This document shows positions 27,932 to 37,716 of a stretch of DNA of 61,944 bases, piece by piece (the stretch's first letter is position 1; each line of letters begins with the position of its first letter). The position numbers and the translations under genes are program-made. Location of the stretch: the NCBI GenBank assembly GCA_025358315.1, contig JANYKA010000041.1:1-61944 (forward strand). The letters run 5' to 3'. This stretch comes from Gemmatimonadota bacterium. GTDB taxonomy: Bacteria; Gemmatimonadota; Gemmatimonadetes; Gemmatimonadales; Gemmatimonadaceae. The notes below the pieces were generated by a model. It did no database searches. It was not told the origin of the DNA and was given only the letters and a program-made list of their open reading frames with translations.

Positions 27932-30217
27932 ATGAAACGGCAAGACGCGCTCGACTATCACTCCCAAGGCCGCCCCGGCAAGATCGCGGTGGTGGCCACC
28001 AAGCCGCTGACCAATCAGCGCGACCTCGGGCTCGCATATTCCCCAGGCGTCGCCGAGCCCTGCTTGGAGATCAAGAATACCCCCGAAGACGCGTACAAAT
28101 ACACATCCAAAGGCAACCTTGTTGCCGTTGTCACGAACGGCACGGCCGTCCTCGGACTGGGGAATATTGGTGCCCTCGCCGGCAAGCCGGTGATGGAAGG
28201 CAAAGGCAATCTCTTTAAGCAGTTTGCTGATATCGACGTGTTCGATCTCGAAGTCGGCTCCGAGAACCCGGACGACATGATCCGGTTCTGCCAGCTCCTG
28301 GAGCCCACAGTTGGCGGCATCAATCTCGAAGATATCCGCTCGCCCGACTGTTTCTATATCGAAGAAACGCTGCGGAAGACCATGAAGATTCCCGTCTTCC
28401 ACGACGACCAGCACGGGACAGCCATCATTTCCGGTGCGGCGCTGTTGAATGCCGTGGAAATAGTCGACAAGCAGCTCAGTGAAGTGAAAGTCGTGTTTTC
28501 CGGGGCCGGCGCTGCCGCCATCAGCACGGCGGAACACTATGTGCGGCTCGGCGTATTGCGCGAGAACATCATTATGTGCGATCGCGTGGGAGTGATCTTC
28601 GTGGGCCGCGATCCTGGTCATATGGACCCATACAAAGCGCGGTTCGCCACAACAGGTGCCGCGCGCACATTGAAAGAAGCGCTGGTGGGCGCCGACGTGT
28701 TTGTTGGCCTCTCCGCCGCGGGCGCCGTCACCGGAGAGATGGTCGCCGGGATGGCGGCGCGCCCGATTATTTTCGCGCTCGCCAATCCGGTTCCGGAGAT
28801 CCACCCGCAAGAAGTCCGCGCCGTGCGCGACGATGCGATTATCGCCACGGGTCGCAGCGACTACGCGAACCAGATCAATAATGTGCTCTGCTTTCCGTTC
28901 ATCTTCCGCGGCGCGCTCGACGTTCGCGCCACGGAAATCAATGAAGAAATGAAAATGGCGGCGACGCGCGCCCTCGCCGCGCTTGCGAAAGAAGACGTAC
29001 CCGAGAACGTCACTCAGCTCTACGGCTTGACGTCAGTGAAGTTTGGGCCGGAATATCTCATTCCCTTCCCGTTCGACCCGCGCGTCCTGCTCTGGGTGGC
29101 ACCCGCCGTGGCCTGGGCTGCGGTCGCCAGCGGCGTGGCCGGCAACTTCGTCGATCTCGAGACCTATCGCGACCAGCTCGAAGGGCGACTCGGCCGGGCC
29201 CGTGGCATCATGCGCGGGATCATTAATCGCGCCCATCACGATCCCAAGCGGATCGTATTTCCCGAAGGCGAAGAACTTAAAATTATTCGGGCAGCACAAA
29301 TCCTCGTTGACGAAGGGATTGCCCATCCGATTCTCCTCGGACGCGCCGAGCGCATTCGTGACGCGGCCGACCAAAACGGCATTTCGCTCGACGGCATTCG
29401 CATTGAAGATCCGGGCACCAGTAAATCGCGCGAGAAATACGCGACACACCTCTTTCAGCAGCGCCAACGCAAGGGATTGTCACTCGCCGAATCGCATCAG
29501 CGGCTATACAAAGGGATCTATTTTGGTTCGGTGATGGTCGCCGTTGGCGATGCCGACGCAATGGTCGGCGGGCTCGGCAAGCATTACCCCGAGACGATTC
29601 GGCCGGCGCTCGAAGTGGTCGGCGCCCACCCGGACATCGGGCTGGTGAGCGGACTGTATATGCTCGTGTTTCCGCAGCACGTGGTGTTTTTCGGCGATAC
29701 GACGGTAAATATCGACCCGACGGCACAGCAACTTGCGACAATTGCGTTGTCTTCGGCGCAAATCGTCCGCACATTTGGTGTATCGCCGCGTGTGGCGATG
29801 CTATCGTTCTCGAATTTTGGATCGGTCGACCACCCGGACACCAGGAAAGTCGCCGAAGCGGTCCGACTCGTACGAGCCCAAGAACCGACGTTGATTGTCG
29901 ATGGTGAAATGCAAGCCGATACCGCGTTTGACGAAGAAGTGCTCGCCAGCCGCTATCCGTTCAGCGCACTCAAAGAAACGGCCAACCTGCTGATTTTTCC
30001 AAATCTGAGCGCCGGAAACATCGCTTACAAACTGTTGACCAAGTTGGGCGGGGCGACGGCCATCGGCCCCATTCTCGTCGGCATGAAGCATCCCGTACAC
30101 GTGCTCGAACAGGGCGCCGACGTGCAGGAAATCATCAACATGGCCGCCGTGGCCGTGATCGACGCACAAGAACGCTCTCGGGCGCAAATTCAAATTCCTC
30201 TACCGCATAGTGTATAA
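27932..30217 (+). CDS. maeB: NADP-dependent malic enzyme (malic enzyme plus PTA-like C-terminal domain)
   Basis: 761-aa ORF with motifs [26 protein letters not shown] and [10 protein letters not shown]. The ~330-aa C-terminal domain is phosphotransacetylase-like. Confidence 0.93.
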   Translation: MKRQDALDYHSQGRPGKIAVVATKPLTNQRDLGLAYSPGVAEPCLEIKNTPEDAYKYTSKGNLVAVVTNGTAVLGLGNIGALAGKPVMEGKGNLFKQFADIDVFDLEVGSENPDDMIRFCQLLEPTVGGINLEDIRSPDCFYIEETLRKTMKIPVFHDDQHGTAIISGAALLNAVEIVDKQLSEVKVVFSGAGAAAISTAEHYVRLGVLRENIIMCDRVGVIFVGRDPGHMDPYKARFATTGAARTLKEALVGADVFVGLSAAGAVTGEMVAGMAARPIIFALANPVPEIHPQEVRAVRDDAIIATGRSDYANQINNVLCFPFIFRGALDVRATEINEEMKMAATRALAALAKEDVPENVTQLYGLTSVKFGPEYLIPFPFDPRVLLWVAPAVAWAAVASGVAGNFVDLETYRDQLEGRLGRARGIMRGIINRAHHDPKRIVFPEGEELKIIRAAQILVDEGIAHPILLGRAERIRDAADQNGISLDGIRIEDPGTSKSREKYATHLFQQRQRKGLSLAESHQRLYKGIYFGSVMVAVGDADAMVGGLGKHYPETIRPALEVVGAHPDIGLVSGLYMLVFPQHVVFFGDTTVNIDPTAQQLATIALSSAQIVRTFGVSPRVAMLSFSNFGSVDHPDTRKVAEAVRLVRAQEPTLIVDGEMQADTAFDEEVLASRYPFSALKETANLLIFPNLSAGNIAYKLLTKLGGATAIGPILVGMKHPVHVLEQGADVQEIINMAAVAVIDAQERSRAQIQIPLPHSV

Positions 30218-31833
30218 TGGACTCGAAGAAGACTGCCGTGCCGACGCGCAAAAGCGCACACGGGCTCGCCGACCAAGGGCTCGCGCCGAAAGGCGATACC
30301 CATTGGAACTTCGTCGCCGCCGAACTGGCCCTCGCCGCCGCCCGAAAAGGTGAAGGCGAATTCGCCGAGATGGGACCGTTCGTTGCCGTCACGACACCGC
30401 ACACCGGGCGATCACCGAAGGACAAGTTTGTCGTGCGGGATTCGACATCGGAGAACGATGTTGACTGGGGTGACGTGAACCAGCCCATGACCGAGGCGCA
30501 GTTCGATGTCGCGCTCGCCGACGTTCGTACGTACCTCAACGGCCAGGGCGAACTGTTCGTGCAGGACTTGTACTGCGGTGCCGACCCGGAATACCGGCTG
30601 TCATGCCGTTACGTCACGCCGAACGCCTGGCACGCGAACTTTGTGCGCAACATGTTCATTCGCCCGGAGATCGCCGAGCTCGCGGCGTTCGCACCGAACT
30701 TTACGATTTTACATGCGCCGGAATTCCAGGGCGATCCGTCTAGGCACGGCACGCGCACATCAACTTTTATCATCCTGAATCTCAGCAAGCGGATAATCCT
30801 CATTGGCGGCACGCGCTACGCCGGCGAACTCAAGAAGTCGATGTTCACGGTAATGAACTACCTGCTCCCAAAGCAGGGCGTGCTGTCTATGCATTGCTCG
30901 GCCAACATTGGTCCGGCTGGCGACACGGCCCTCTTTTTCGGCCTCTCCGGCACCGGCAAGACCACGCTCTCGGCCGACCCCGAGCGCAGCCTCATTGGCG
31001 ACGACGAGCATGGCTGGAGTCACAACGGAACGTTCAATTTCGAGGGCGGCTGTTACGCAAAAGTAATTCACCTCTCGCCGGAACTCGAACCGGATATTTA
31101 TGCGACCACGCAAATGTTCGGAACGATTCTCGAGAACGTAGAACTCGATCCGCTCACGAAAAAAGTGCTGTTCGACAGCCAAAAGATCACCGAGAACACG
31201 CGGGCCAGCTATCCGCTCAGTTATATCCGCAATCACGTGCCAAGTGGGCGCGGCGGGCATCCCAAGAATGTCATCTTCCTCACGGCCGATGCATTCGGCG
31301 TGTTGCCGCCAATCGCCAAGCTCAGCCGTGAACAGGCGATGTACTATTTCCTCTCCGGTTACACGGCGAAGGTCGCGGGCACGGAACGTGGCGTGACCGA
31401 ACCTCAGGCGACATTCAGCGCGTGCTTTGGCGCCGTATTTCTGGTGTGGCATCCGACCAAATACGCGCAAATGCTCGGCGAACTGCTCGACGAGCACAAG
31501 GCGAACGTTTGGCTGATCAATACGGGTTGGACAGGTGGGGCGTATGGCGTCGGCACGCGCATGAAGCTCGCCCACACGCGGGCGATGGTACGCGCGGTGC
31601 TCGCCGGGAAACTGACAACGTCACCGCTGAAAGTGGATCCGGTGTTCGGACTCGCCGTTCCACAGGGGATCGACGAGGTGCCAGCCGAAGTGCTCGATGC
31701 CCGCGAATCGTGGAAGGACGTGGCGGCATACGATGCACAAGCGAAAAAACTGAGCGGGATGTTCCGGGAGAACATCAAGAAGTTCGGCGCGCAAGTCGGC
31801 GACGCGATTCTGGCGGCGGGGCCGAAAGGCTAG
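30217..31833 (+). CDS. pckA: phosphoenolpyruvate carboxykinase (ATP)
   Basis: 538-aa ORF with the kinase-1a motif GLSGTGKTTLS, plus IGDDEHGW and GGTRYAGE(L)KK. Its ATG shares one base with the maeB TAA (TAATG). Confidence 0.95.
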   Translation: MDSKKTAVPTRKSAHGLADQGLAPKGDTHWNFVAAELALAAARKGEGEFAEMGPFVAVTTPHTGRSPKDKFVVRDSTSENDVDWGDVNQPMTEAQFDVALADVRTYLNGQGELFVQDLYCGADPEYRLSCRYVTPNAWHANFVRNMFIRPEIAELAAFAPNFTILHAPEFQGDPSRHGTRTSTFIILNLSKRIILIGGTRYAGELKKSMFTVMNYLLPKQGVLSMHCSANIGPAGDTALFFGLSGTGKTTLSADPERSLIGDDEHGWSHNGTFNFEGGCYAKVIHLSPELEPDIYATTQMFGTILENVELDPLTKKVLFDSQKITENTRASYPLSYIRNHVPSGRGGHPKNVIFLTADAFGVLPPIAKLSREQAMYYFLSGYTAKVAGTERGVTEPQATFSACFGAVFLVWHPTKYAQMLGELLDEHKANVWLINTGWTGGAYGVGTRMKLAHTRAMVRAVLAGKLTTSPLKVDPVFGLAVPQGIDEVPAEVLDARESWKDVAAYDAQAKKLSGMFRENIKKFGAQVGDAILAAGPKG

Positions 31834-31840
31834 CAGCGAT

Positions 31841-33073
31841 TTGACTTTTATCCGCGATCCGCTCTGGAACAATATTCGCATCGACCCCGTGGCCGAGCGC
31901 TTGCTGGACACGGCGGTCGTCCAGCGGTTGCGGTATGTGCGGCAACTGGGGCTGGCGCACTTGGTCTATCCGGGTGCGACGCACTCGCGGTTCGAGCACG
32001 CGCTCGGTGCGTATCATCTTGCCGGACGCACATTGAACAGTCTGCGCGATGCCGGTGCACTCACCGGTGTAGCGGCCGACGAGCCGGCGATTATTGCCGG
32101 GGCTGCGCTGTTGCACGACGTGGGACACTACCCGTTCTCACACGCACTCGAAGAGATCGGCGTGCCGCACCACGAAGCGCTGTCACGACCACTGGTTACA
32201 ACTGGCGAAGTGGCGTCCATATTGAGCGACGCCATCGGCGCTGATGCGCCGGAGCGCATTTACGCGCTCATCTGCGGCACCAGTGAAAGCCCACTGCAGG
32301 GACTGATTTCCGGCTCACTCGATCTCGATAAAATGGATTACTTAAAGCGCGACGCGTTGATGTGCGGCGTGCCGTATGGCGAGATCGACGAAGACCGATT
32401 GTTGCACGCGCTCGTCCTCGTGCATGATCCAATCTTCAACCGCCAGCGGATCGGCGTGCAGGCCAAAGGGCTTTCGGCGCTTGAATCGCTCCTGTTCGCG
32501 AAATATCAGATGTACCGCAATGTCTATTGGCACCATGCCGTGCGCAGCGCGACGGCGATGTACAAACGGCTGGTAGAAAGCGCGCTGGCGTCAGGCGCGG
32601 TGACTGTCGGCGCACTCGGCGGCTACGACGACGAAGGTTTGTTGCACGCGCTTGATGCGGGGGCGACCACGGAATCGCGTGCGTTGCTCGACGCGCTGCG
32701 CCGCCGGCGGCTATTCAAGCGGGCGTTTGAAGCACCGGCGGCAACACTGCCGATGGAACAGTTGGAGTGGATTGCCGATGACCGCGACCGGACCCGTGCG
32801 GCGGAGTTGGCGATGGGGGCGCGACTGGGATTGGCGCCTGGCGAACTGTTGCTCGATTTCCCGGCAAAGACGCAGATGCTTGGGCTCGACATCCCGGTGC
32901 TCGGCGGGGATGGAACGGTCAGCCGGCTTACGAAGGAAGGGATGCAAGGGGCGATGAATTTATCGCGGATGGCGGATTCGTTGTATCGGTCGGCTCGGTA
33001 CTTGCGCGTGTTTACGGCGCGGAGGGTTTCGGCGGGAGTGGGAGTGGTAGAGGAATTGCTGCGGGCGCAGTGA
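31841..33073 (+). CDS. HD-domain phosphohydrolase (dGTPase/SAMHD1-like family)
   Basis: 410-aa ORF with a TTG start. HD motifs are SRFEHALGAYHLA and LLHDVGHYPFSHALE, followed by LDLDKMDYLKRD. Confidence 0.8.
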   Translation: MTFIRDPLWNNIRIDPVAERLLDTAVVQRLRYVRQLGLAHLVYPGATHSRFEHALGAYHLAGRTLNSLRDAGALTGVAADEPAIIAGAALLHDVGHYPFSHALEEIGVPHHEALSRPLVTTGEVASILSDAIGADAPERIYALICGTSESPLQGLISGSLDLDKMDYLKRDALMCGVPYGEIDEDRLLHALVLVHDPIFNRQRIGVQAKGLSALESLLFAKYQMYRNVYWHHAVRSATAMYKRLVESALASGAVTVGALGGYDDEGLLHALDAGATTESRALLDALRRRRLFKRAFEAPAATLPMEQLEWIADDRDRTRAAELAMGARLGLAPGELLLDFPAKTQMLGLDIPVLGGDGTVSRLTKEGMQGAMNLSRMADSLYRSARYLRVFTARRVSAGVGVVEELLRAQ

Positions 33074-33152
33074 CGGGGTGGGACAGCCCGTTTCCAACGG
33101 GGCGGGCAGCGTACAGCAACGCGTTTCCTACGGAGCGGACGGCGGGCAGCGT

Positions 33153-33338
33153 TTACTGCGGCTGTTTTTCGCGGCCTCTTGCTTCGGCGAGTGTTCTTCC
33201 GATGCCGCGATAGAATGCCGCGTCGGTGGCTTTACCCTCTGCCTCTAAGCTGATCGCGCAACGCTCGAGTGCGTAGAGAATGTTGCCAAGGTAGAGTGCG
33301 GAGATGGACTCGACCGACTCGGGCTCGGACTCAGGCAC
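33153..33338 (-). CDS. hypothetical small protein (about 61 aa), possible fourth gene of the FHA/PP2C operon
   Basis: The ORF 33153-33422 overlaps the PP2C 3' end. The only start compatible with PP2C is the GTG at 33338, which overlaps the PP2C stop. There is no recognisable motif, and third-position GC is lower than in neighbouring genes. Confidence 0.25.
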   Translation of the reverse strand: MPESEPESVESISALYLGNILYALERCAISLEAEGKATDAAFYRGIGRTLAEARGREKQPQ

Positions 33339-34089
33339 CGGCGGCGGCCACATCCACGGTCCCGACCTGCACGACGATCGCCGTGATGTTGTCGAGACCG
33401 CCACGGCCGTTCGCTTCGGCAATCAATGCGTCGACAATCCGGCCAGGGCCCGAGCGCGCCATCAGCAGTTGCTGCAGACGGCGGTCATCCACCATGCCCG
33501 TGAGACCGTCGCTAGCGACAAGGAACACGTCGCCGGGGAACATGTCGCCACGGTACAAATCGACATCCACCGATTCGCTCGCGCCAACGCAGCGCGTGAT
33601 CACATTGCTGTATGGATGGTACCGGGCTTGCTCGGGCGTCAGCAGTCCGGCATCGACCTGCTCCTGCACGTACGAGTGATCTTTGGTGATTTGCCTGAGC
33701 GCGCCGTCGCGGAGCAGATAGATGCGCGAATCGCCAATCTGTCCAATCAGATACTGATTATCCGACATTGTCAGAACGCTCGCCGTTGTGCCCATGCCTT
33801 GTTTGTCCACTTCGGCCAGCATTCGATCGTAAATCGCGCGGTTCGCATCTTTCAACGCCTGCGACATCCGGTCGTCAGCCGCGGCATCGAGCACGCTGTT
33901 GAGTGGCAGCAAGTTGCGGGCGACGATCTGCACCGCCATCTCGCTTGCAACTTCACCGGCCGCATGACCGCCCATGCCGTCGGCGACGACGAACACGCCG
34001 CGCCGTTCGTCTGCTTCCGCGAAAAAGTTATCTTCGTTCCCCGAGCGGATCATTCCGACATCGGAGCGCGCGCCGACCGCGAGCTGCAT
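33331..34089 (-). CDS. PP2C-family Ser/Thr protein phosphatase
   Basis: 252-aa ORF with PPM motifs RSGNEDNFF, VVADGMGGHAAGE, LVASDGL and GGLDNITAIVV. Confidence 0.92.
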   Translation of the reverse strand: MQLAVGARSDVGMIRSGNEDNFFAEADERRGVFVVADGMGGHAAGEVASEMAVQIVARNLLPLNSVLDAAADDRMSQALKDANRAIYDRMLAEVDKQGMGTTASVLTMSDNQYLIGQIGDSRIYLLRDGALRQITKDHSYVQEQVDAGLLTPEQARYHPYSNVITRCVGASESVDVDLYRGDMFPGDVFLVASDGLTGMVDDRRLQQLLMARSGPGRIVDALIAEANGRGGLDNITAIVVQVGTVDVAAAGA

Positions 34090-34092
34090 GGA

Positions 34093-35568
34093 TTAGCCTC
34101 GCACGGAGAACATGATGACTGCAATAGTGCCGGCGCCGATCGCCGCGAGCGCAAACAGGAACGCCATTATGGCCGCACATCCTTTCTTTTTCTCCGCAGG
34201 CACCGCGGCTAGATCCTGCTTCGCGGCCGCCGTGCTGGCGCGCGGCGCGGTGGCCGCTTTTCTCGCTGCATCAATACTGAACGCGGCGATTGCCCGTGTG
34301 CCGCCGCCCGTGTCTTCGAGCGAGGCAGCGGCCGGACGAAAAATCAACTTGATGCCACCGAACCGCACATCGGGGGCACCGGTGAGTTGCTGTTCACCCT
34401 GCACGCGGCGACCACCGACATATGTGCCATTCGTCGAGCCTTGGTCTACCACCCACCAGGCACCGTCGCGTTTGAGGATCTTTGCATGTGATCCGGACAG
34501 GCTCTCGTCACTGATGACGATATCGTTGTGCGCACCGCGGCCGATGTTGGTGAGTACCGAGAAAATTTCGAACTTTCTCCCCTTCATTGGCCCTTCGTTG
34601 ATCACTTCGAGCGTAGCAATCGGCGGTGTTGCTGGCGCAGACGGAGTCGGTTGGGCGCTCGCCATTGGCTGGGCAGGCGACTGAGCGGCTACCGGACGCA
34701 CGGCAGGCGCCTTTGCGACTGGAGCGGCGACGGGCGGAGCTGACGGCACCGACGCAGCGACGATCGCGTCTTCGAGTTCGATGACTTCCATACCGAGCGA
34801 AAAGCGCACCGGAAGCACAGTGTCCGCGACGGGCGTTGGCGCGACCGGCGCCGGCGGGGGCACGCTCGTCGCGGGAGCACTGGCGACGGGAGCACTGGCT
34901 ACAGGAGCAGCTTTCGCAATGTCGGCATAAAACCGGAATTCTTCAGGCCCGATTTTTAATACGTCGCCGCGGCCGAGCACTTGAGACTGCTCAATGCGGA
35001 GGCCATTCACAAATACGCCGTTCGTGCTGAGATCGGTCAACACATACGCACCCTCTGCGGGGGCGATCTGGGCATGTTTCCGGGAGACATCAGTAGAAGC
35101 AATCACGATCTCGTTGCCGATTTCGCGACCGAAAGTGACGCCACTGTTCGGGATCGTGTATTCACGTCCGTCCACGAGCGACACAAGCCGGCCACCAACG
35201 GCCGTCGTTGGCTTCCTCGGCGCGCTTCCCTTGGCCCGAAGCGACTCCGGGATGTCCGCCGCCGAAATAAACTGGGTACTGCCACCCTTCTTGTCGTCGC
35301 CGTAGGGCAGCTCCGACCCGCCGACTTCGATCTTGTCGCCATGCAGGAGTGGATTGGGCTCAGCGCCAAGCAGAACGCCATTCACCATCACTTCAGAACT
35401 GGCGCCGCCGCGGCGAATGACCCCTGATCCATCAGAAGCCATCCTGAGCACGGCATGCGCGGCCGGATCATCGCCCGGGACTCGCACATTCGCGCCGTCG
35501 AAGGCGCCAATGGTCAGGTCCGCGGCCGTCAGCGGGATTTGTTTTCCGTTGAACTGGATGTAGGGCAT
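34093..35568 (-). CDS. triple-FHA-domain protein with a C-terminal membrane anchor
   Basis: I trimmed the start to the ATG at 35568 (MPYIQFNGK). Three FHA-like modules are visible, for example TFGREIGNEIVIASTDVSRKHAQI...STNGVFVNG and NIGRGAHNDIVISDESLSGSHAKI...STNGTYVGG. A Pro/Ala/Val-rich linker and a terminal TM helix (IMAFLFALAAIGAGTIAVIMF) follow. Confidence 0.85.
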   Translation of the reverse strand: MPYIQFNGKQIPLTAADLTIGAFDGANVRVPGDDPAAHAVLRMASDGSGVIRRGGASSEVMVNGVLLGAEPNPLLHGDKIEVGGSELPYGDDKKGGSTQFISAADIPESLRAKGSAPRKPTTAVGGRLVSLVDGREYTIPNSGVTFGREIGNEIVIASTDVSRKHAQIAPAEGAYVLTDLSTNGVFVNGLRIEQSQVLGRGDVLKIGPEEFRFYADIAKAAPVASAPVASAPATSVPPPAPVAPTPVADTVLPVRFSLGMEVIELEDAIVAASVPSAPPVAAPVAKAPAVRPVAAQSPAQPMASAQPTPSAPATPPIATLEVINEGPMKGRKFEIFSVLTNIGRGAHNDIVISDESLSGSHAKILKRDGAWWVVDQGSTNGTYVGGRRVQGEQQLTGAPDVRFGGIKLIFRPAAASLEDTGGGTRAIAAFSIDAARKAATAPRASTAAAKQDLAAVPAEKKKGCAAIMAFLFALAAIGAGTIAVIMFSVRG

Positions 35569-35613
35569 CTGGGGTGGGAAACTACCCCCCGCTCTCGGGG
35601 GTGGCAAGCGTAG

Positions 35614-37431
35614 TCAGGCTGGGGTGATCGCCACCCCAAACTCACCCGCTTGAAGGCGATACAGCCGGGCATAGAGTCCACCGGCCGCCAAGAGCGCCTT
35701 GTGCGTGCCCCGCTCACGGATTTCGCCGTGGTGCATCACCAGAATCTCGTCCGCGGCGACAATCGTGCTCAACCGGTGAGCCACGGCGACCGTCGTCCGG
35801 CCGGCCATCAATTCCGTCAGCGCCAGCTGGATTTCGGCCTCGATTTCGCTGTCCACGGCACTTGTGGCCTCGTCCAGGAGCAGCAATGCGGGGTCGGAAG
35901 CGATCGCCCGGGCGAAGGAGAGCAGTTGCCGCTCGCCGACACTAAGGCTTGCCCCGCGCTCCCCCAGCCGGTGCTGATAGCCGTCCGGAAGTCGTCGTAC
36001 GATCCGGTCGACCCCAACCCGTGCCGCCGCCGTAGCGACCTCGGTGTCAGAGAGCGGGTTGGACAGCCGGATGTTCGTCGCGATATCGCCGGCGAAGAGA
36101 AAAATGTCTTGCTGTACGTATCCAATCTGGGCGCGCAATTCATCGAGTGGCAGACTACGAATGTCGCGGCCGTCAATCAGAATCCGCCCGCGCTGCGGAT
36201 CATAGAACCGGAGTAGCAGACTGATAACGGTGGTCTTGCCGGCGCCAGTATGACCGACGAGCGCCACCGTTTGGCCCGGATGCGCCGTAAAACTCACCCC
36301 TTTGAGCACCCACTGCGGATCCGTCACCTCGCCGCGTCCGTAGCTGAACCAAACGTCTTCGAAGGTCACGGTAACGCCGGCGTGGCCAGCACGAACATAG
36401 GGCGCGGCGGTCATTTCCGGTGCCGCCGGATCGGCCGGTGTGTCGAGTAACGCGAACACCCGCTCCGACGCCGTCATCGCCTGCTGCAGCGTGTTGTACT
36501 TATCGGAAAGGTCTTGCAACGGCTGAAAAAAACGCCGGGCCAACTGCAGAAATGCGGCGACCGTGCCCACGGTGAGCGCATGCGACGCGACGCGCGGCAC
36601 GGCGGCGACAATCAAGCTGGCGAGCGCGATGGTCGTCAGAATCTCGATCGCCGGGAAATACAGCGCATAGACAGTGACGGATTTTAAATGCGCATCGAGG
36701 TGCGACTGATTGAGCTTGGCGAATCGCTGACTCTCGCCCGTCTCCCGTCCAAATAGCTGCACAATCCGCATGCCCGTCAGCCGCTCCTGCAGAAAAGCGT
36801 TGATGCGGGCAATGCGAGTGCGGATGTCACGATAGCTGTCACGGACTTTGAGGCGAAAAACCATCGAAGCGAGAAAAATCAGCGGCACGACGGCGAATGC
36901 CGCCAGCGTGAGCCGCCAGTCGATGGACACCATCAGCACGGAGATCGCGGCAAGCGTGAACAAATCGCCGAATCCGGCGACGACACCGGAGGTGAACAAT
37001 TCGTTGAGCGCTTCGACATCCGACGTCACGCGAGTCACGAGACGGCCAACCGGATTGCGGTCGAAAAACGGCACGGGAAGCCGCTGCAGATGCCCGAAGA
37101 TCTGGCGCCGCAAATCGTGCATCACCCGCTGGCCAAGTAGGCTGGTAAGAAATACTTGCGCATATTCGCCGGCGAATTGAGCAAATAGCAGTGCCACAAA
37201 GAGCAGCGCATCGCGCCGCAGGGCCGCCGCGTCACCGGCCGGAATGGCCACGTCTATGACGTTGCGGGTGAGCAGCGGTTGTACCAGCTGCAGCAAGCCG
37301 TCGACAATGAGCAGCGCCAGCGCTGCGGCGACAATCGTGCCATAGGGACGGACGTAAGCGAGCAACCGGCGCGCCAGACGGTCGTCGAAAGCTTTGCCGA
37401 GGATTTCGTCGTCGATAGGTGGAGCGGGCAT
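35614..37431 (-). CDS. ABC exporter, fused permease/ATPase (MsbA / multidrug type)
   Basis: 605-aa ORF with a six-TM N-terminal half. It carries Walker A (GHTGAGKTT), signature (LSVGERQLLSFARA) and Walker B (LLLDEATSAVD). Confidence 0.9.
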   Translation of the reverse strand: MPAPPIDDEILGKAFDDRLARRLLAYVRPYGTIVAAALALLIVDGLLQLVQPLLTRNVIDVAIPAGDAAALRRDALLFVALLFAQFAGEYAQVFLTSLLGQRVMHDLRRQIFGHLQRLPVPFFDRNPVGRLVTRVTSDVEALNELFTSGVVAGFGDLFTLAAISVLMVSIDWRLTLAAFAVVPLIFLASMVFRLKVRDSYRDIRTRIARINAFLQERLTGMRIVQLFGRETGESQRFAKLNQSHLDAHLKSVTVYALYFPAIEILTTIALASLIVAAVPRVASHALTVGTVAAFLQLARRFFQPLQDLSDKYNTLQQAMTASERVFALLDTPADPAAPEMTAAPYVRAGHAGVTVTFEDVWFSYGRGEVTDPQWVLKGVSFTAHPGQTVALVGHTGAGKTTVISLLLRFYDPQRGRILIDGRDIRSLPLDELRAQIGYVQQDIFLFAGDIATNIRLSNPLSDTEVATAAARVGVDRIVRRLPDGYQHRLGERGASLSVGERQLLSFARAIASDPALLLLDEATSAVDSEIEAEIQLALTELMAGRTTVAVAHRLSTIVAADEILVMHHGEIRERGTHKALLAAGGLYARLYRLQAGEFGVAITPA

Positions 37432-37442
37432 TGACTAAAAGT

Positions 37443-37706
37443 TAGTGCGAGTGCTGAGTGGGAGTATGAGTGCTGAGTGCGAGACTGGTGGGAGAGAGGA
37501 GTGGGAGAGGAGTGCGAGAAGAAGAGTGGGAGGGCACTGCTGTTTCTCCACCCCTCTCCCACTCAGTTTCTCCCACCTCTCTCCCACCCAGTTTCTCCCA
37601 CGCATCTCCCACGCATCTCCCACCCAGTTTCTCCCACGCATCTCCCACGCCTCTCTCCCACCAGTCTCGCACTCAGCACTCATACTCCCACTCAGCACTC
37701 GCACTA
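37443..37706. repeat. large inverted repeat (57-bp perfect arms) with an internal phased TCTCCCAC array
   Basis: 37443-37499 is the exact reverse complement of 37650-37706. Nine TCTCCCAC copies lie on the plus strand between 37555 and 37661, spaced 11-14 nt apart. GTGGGAGA copies lie on the left side. Confidence 0.95.
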
Positions 37707-37716
37707 GTTTTGAGTA

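Noticed and set aside
33074-33152. A direct repeat GTTTCC(A/T)ACGG(G/A)GCGG...GGCGGGCAGCG in the convergent spacer after the HD-domain gene.
   Set aside because: It is short, imperfect and present only twice. It is most simply a terminator-region duplication, and no further structure was evident.
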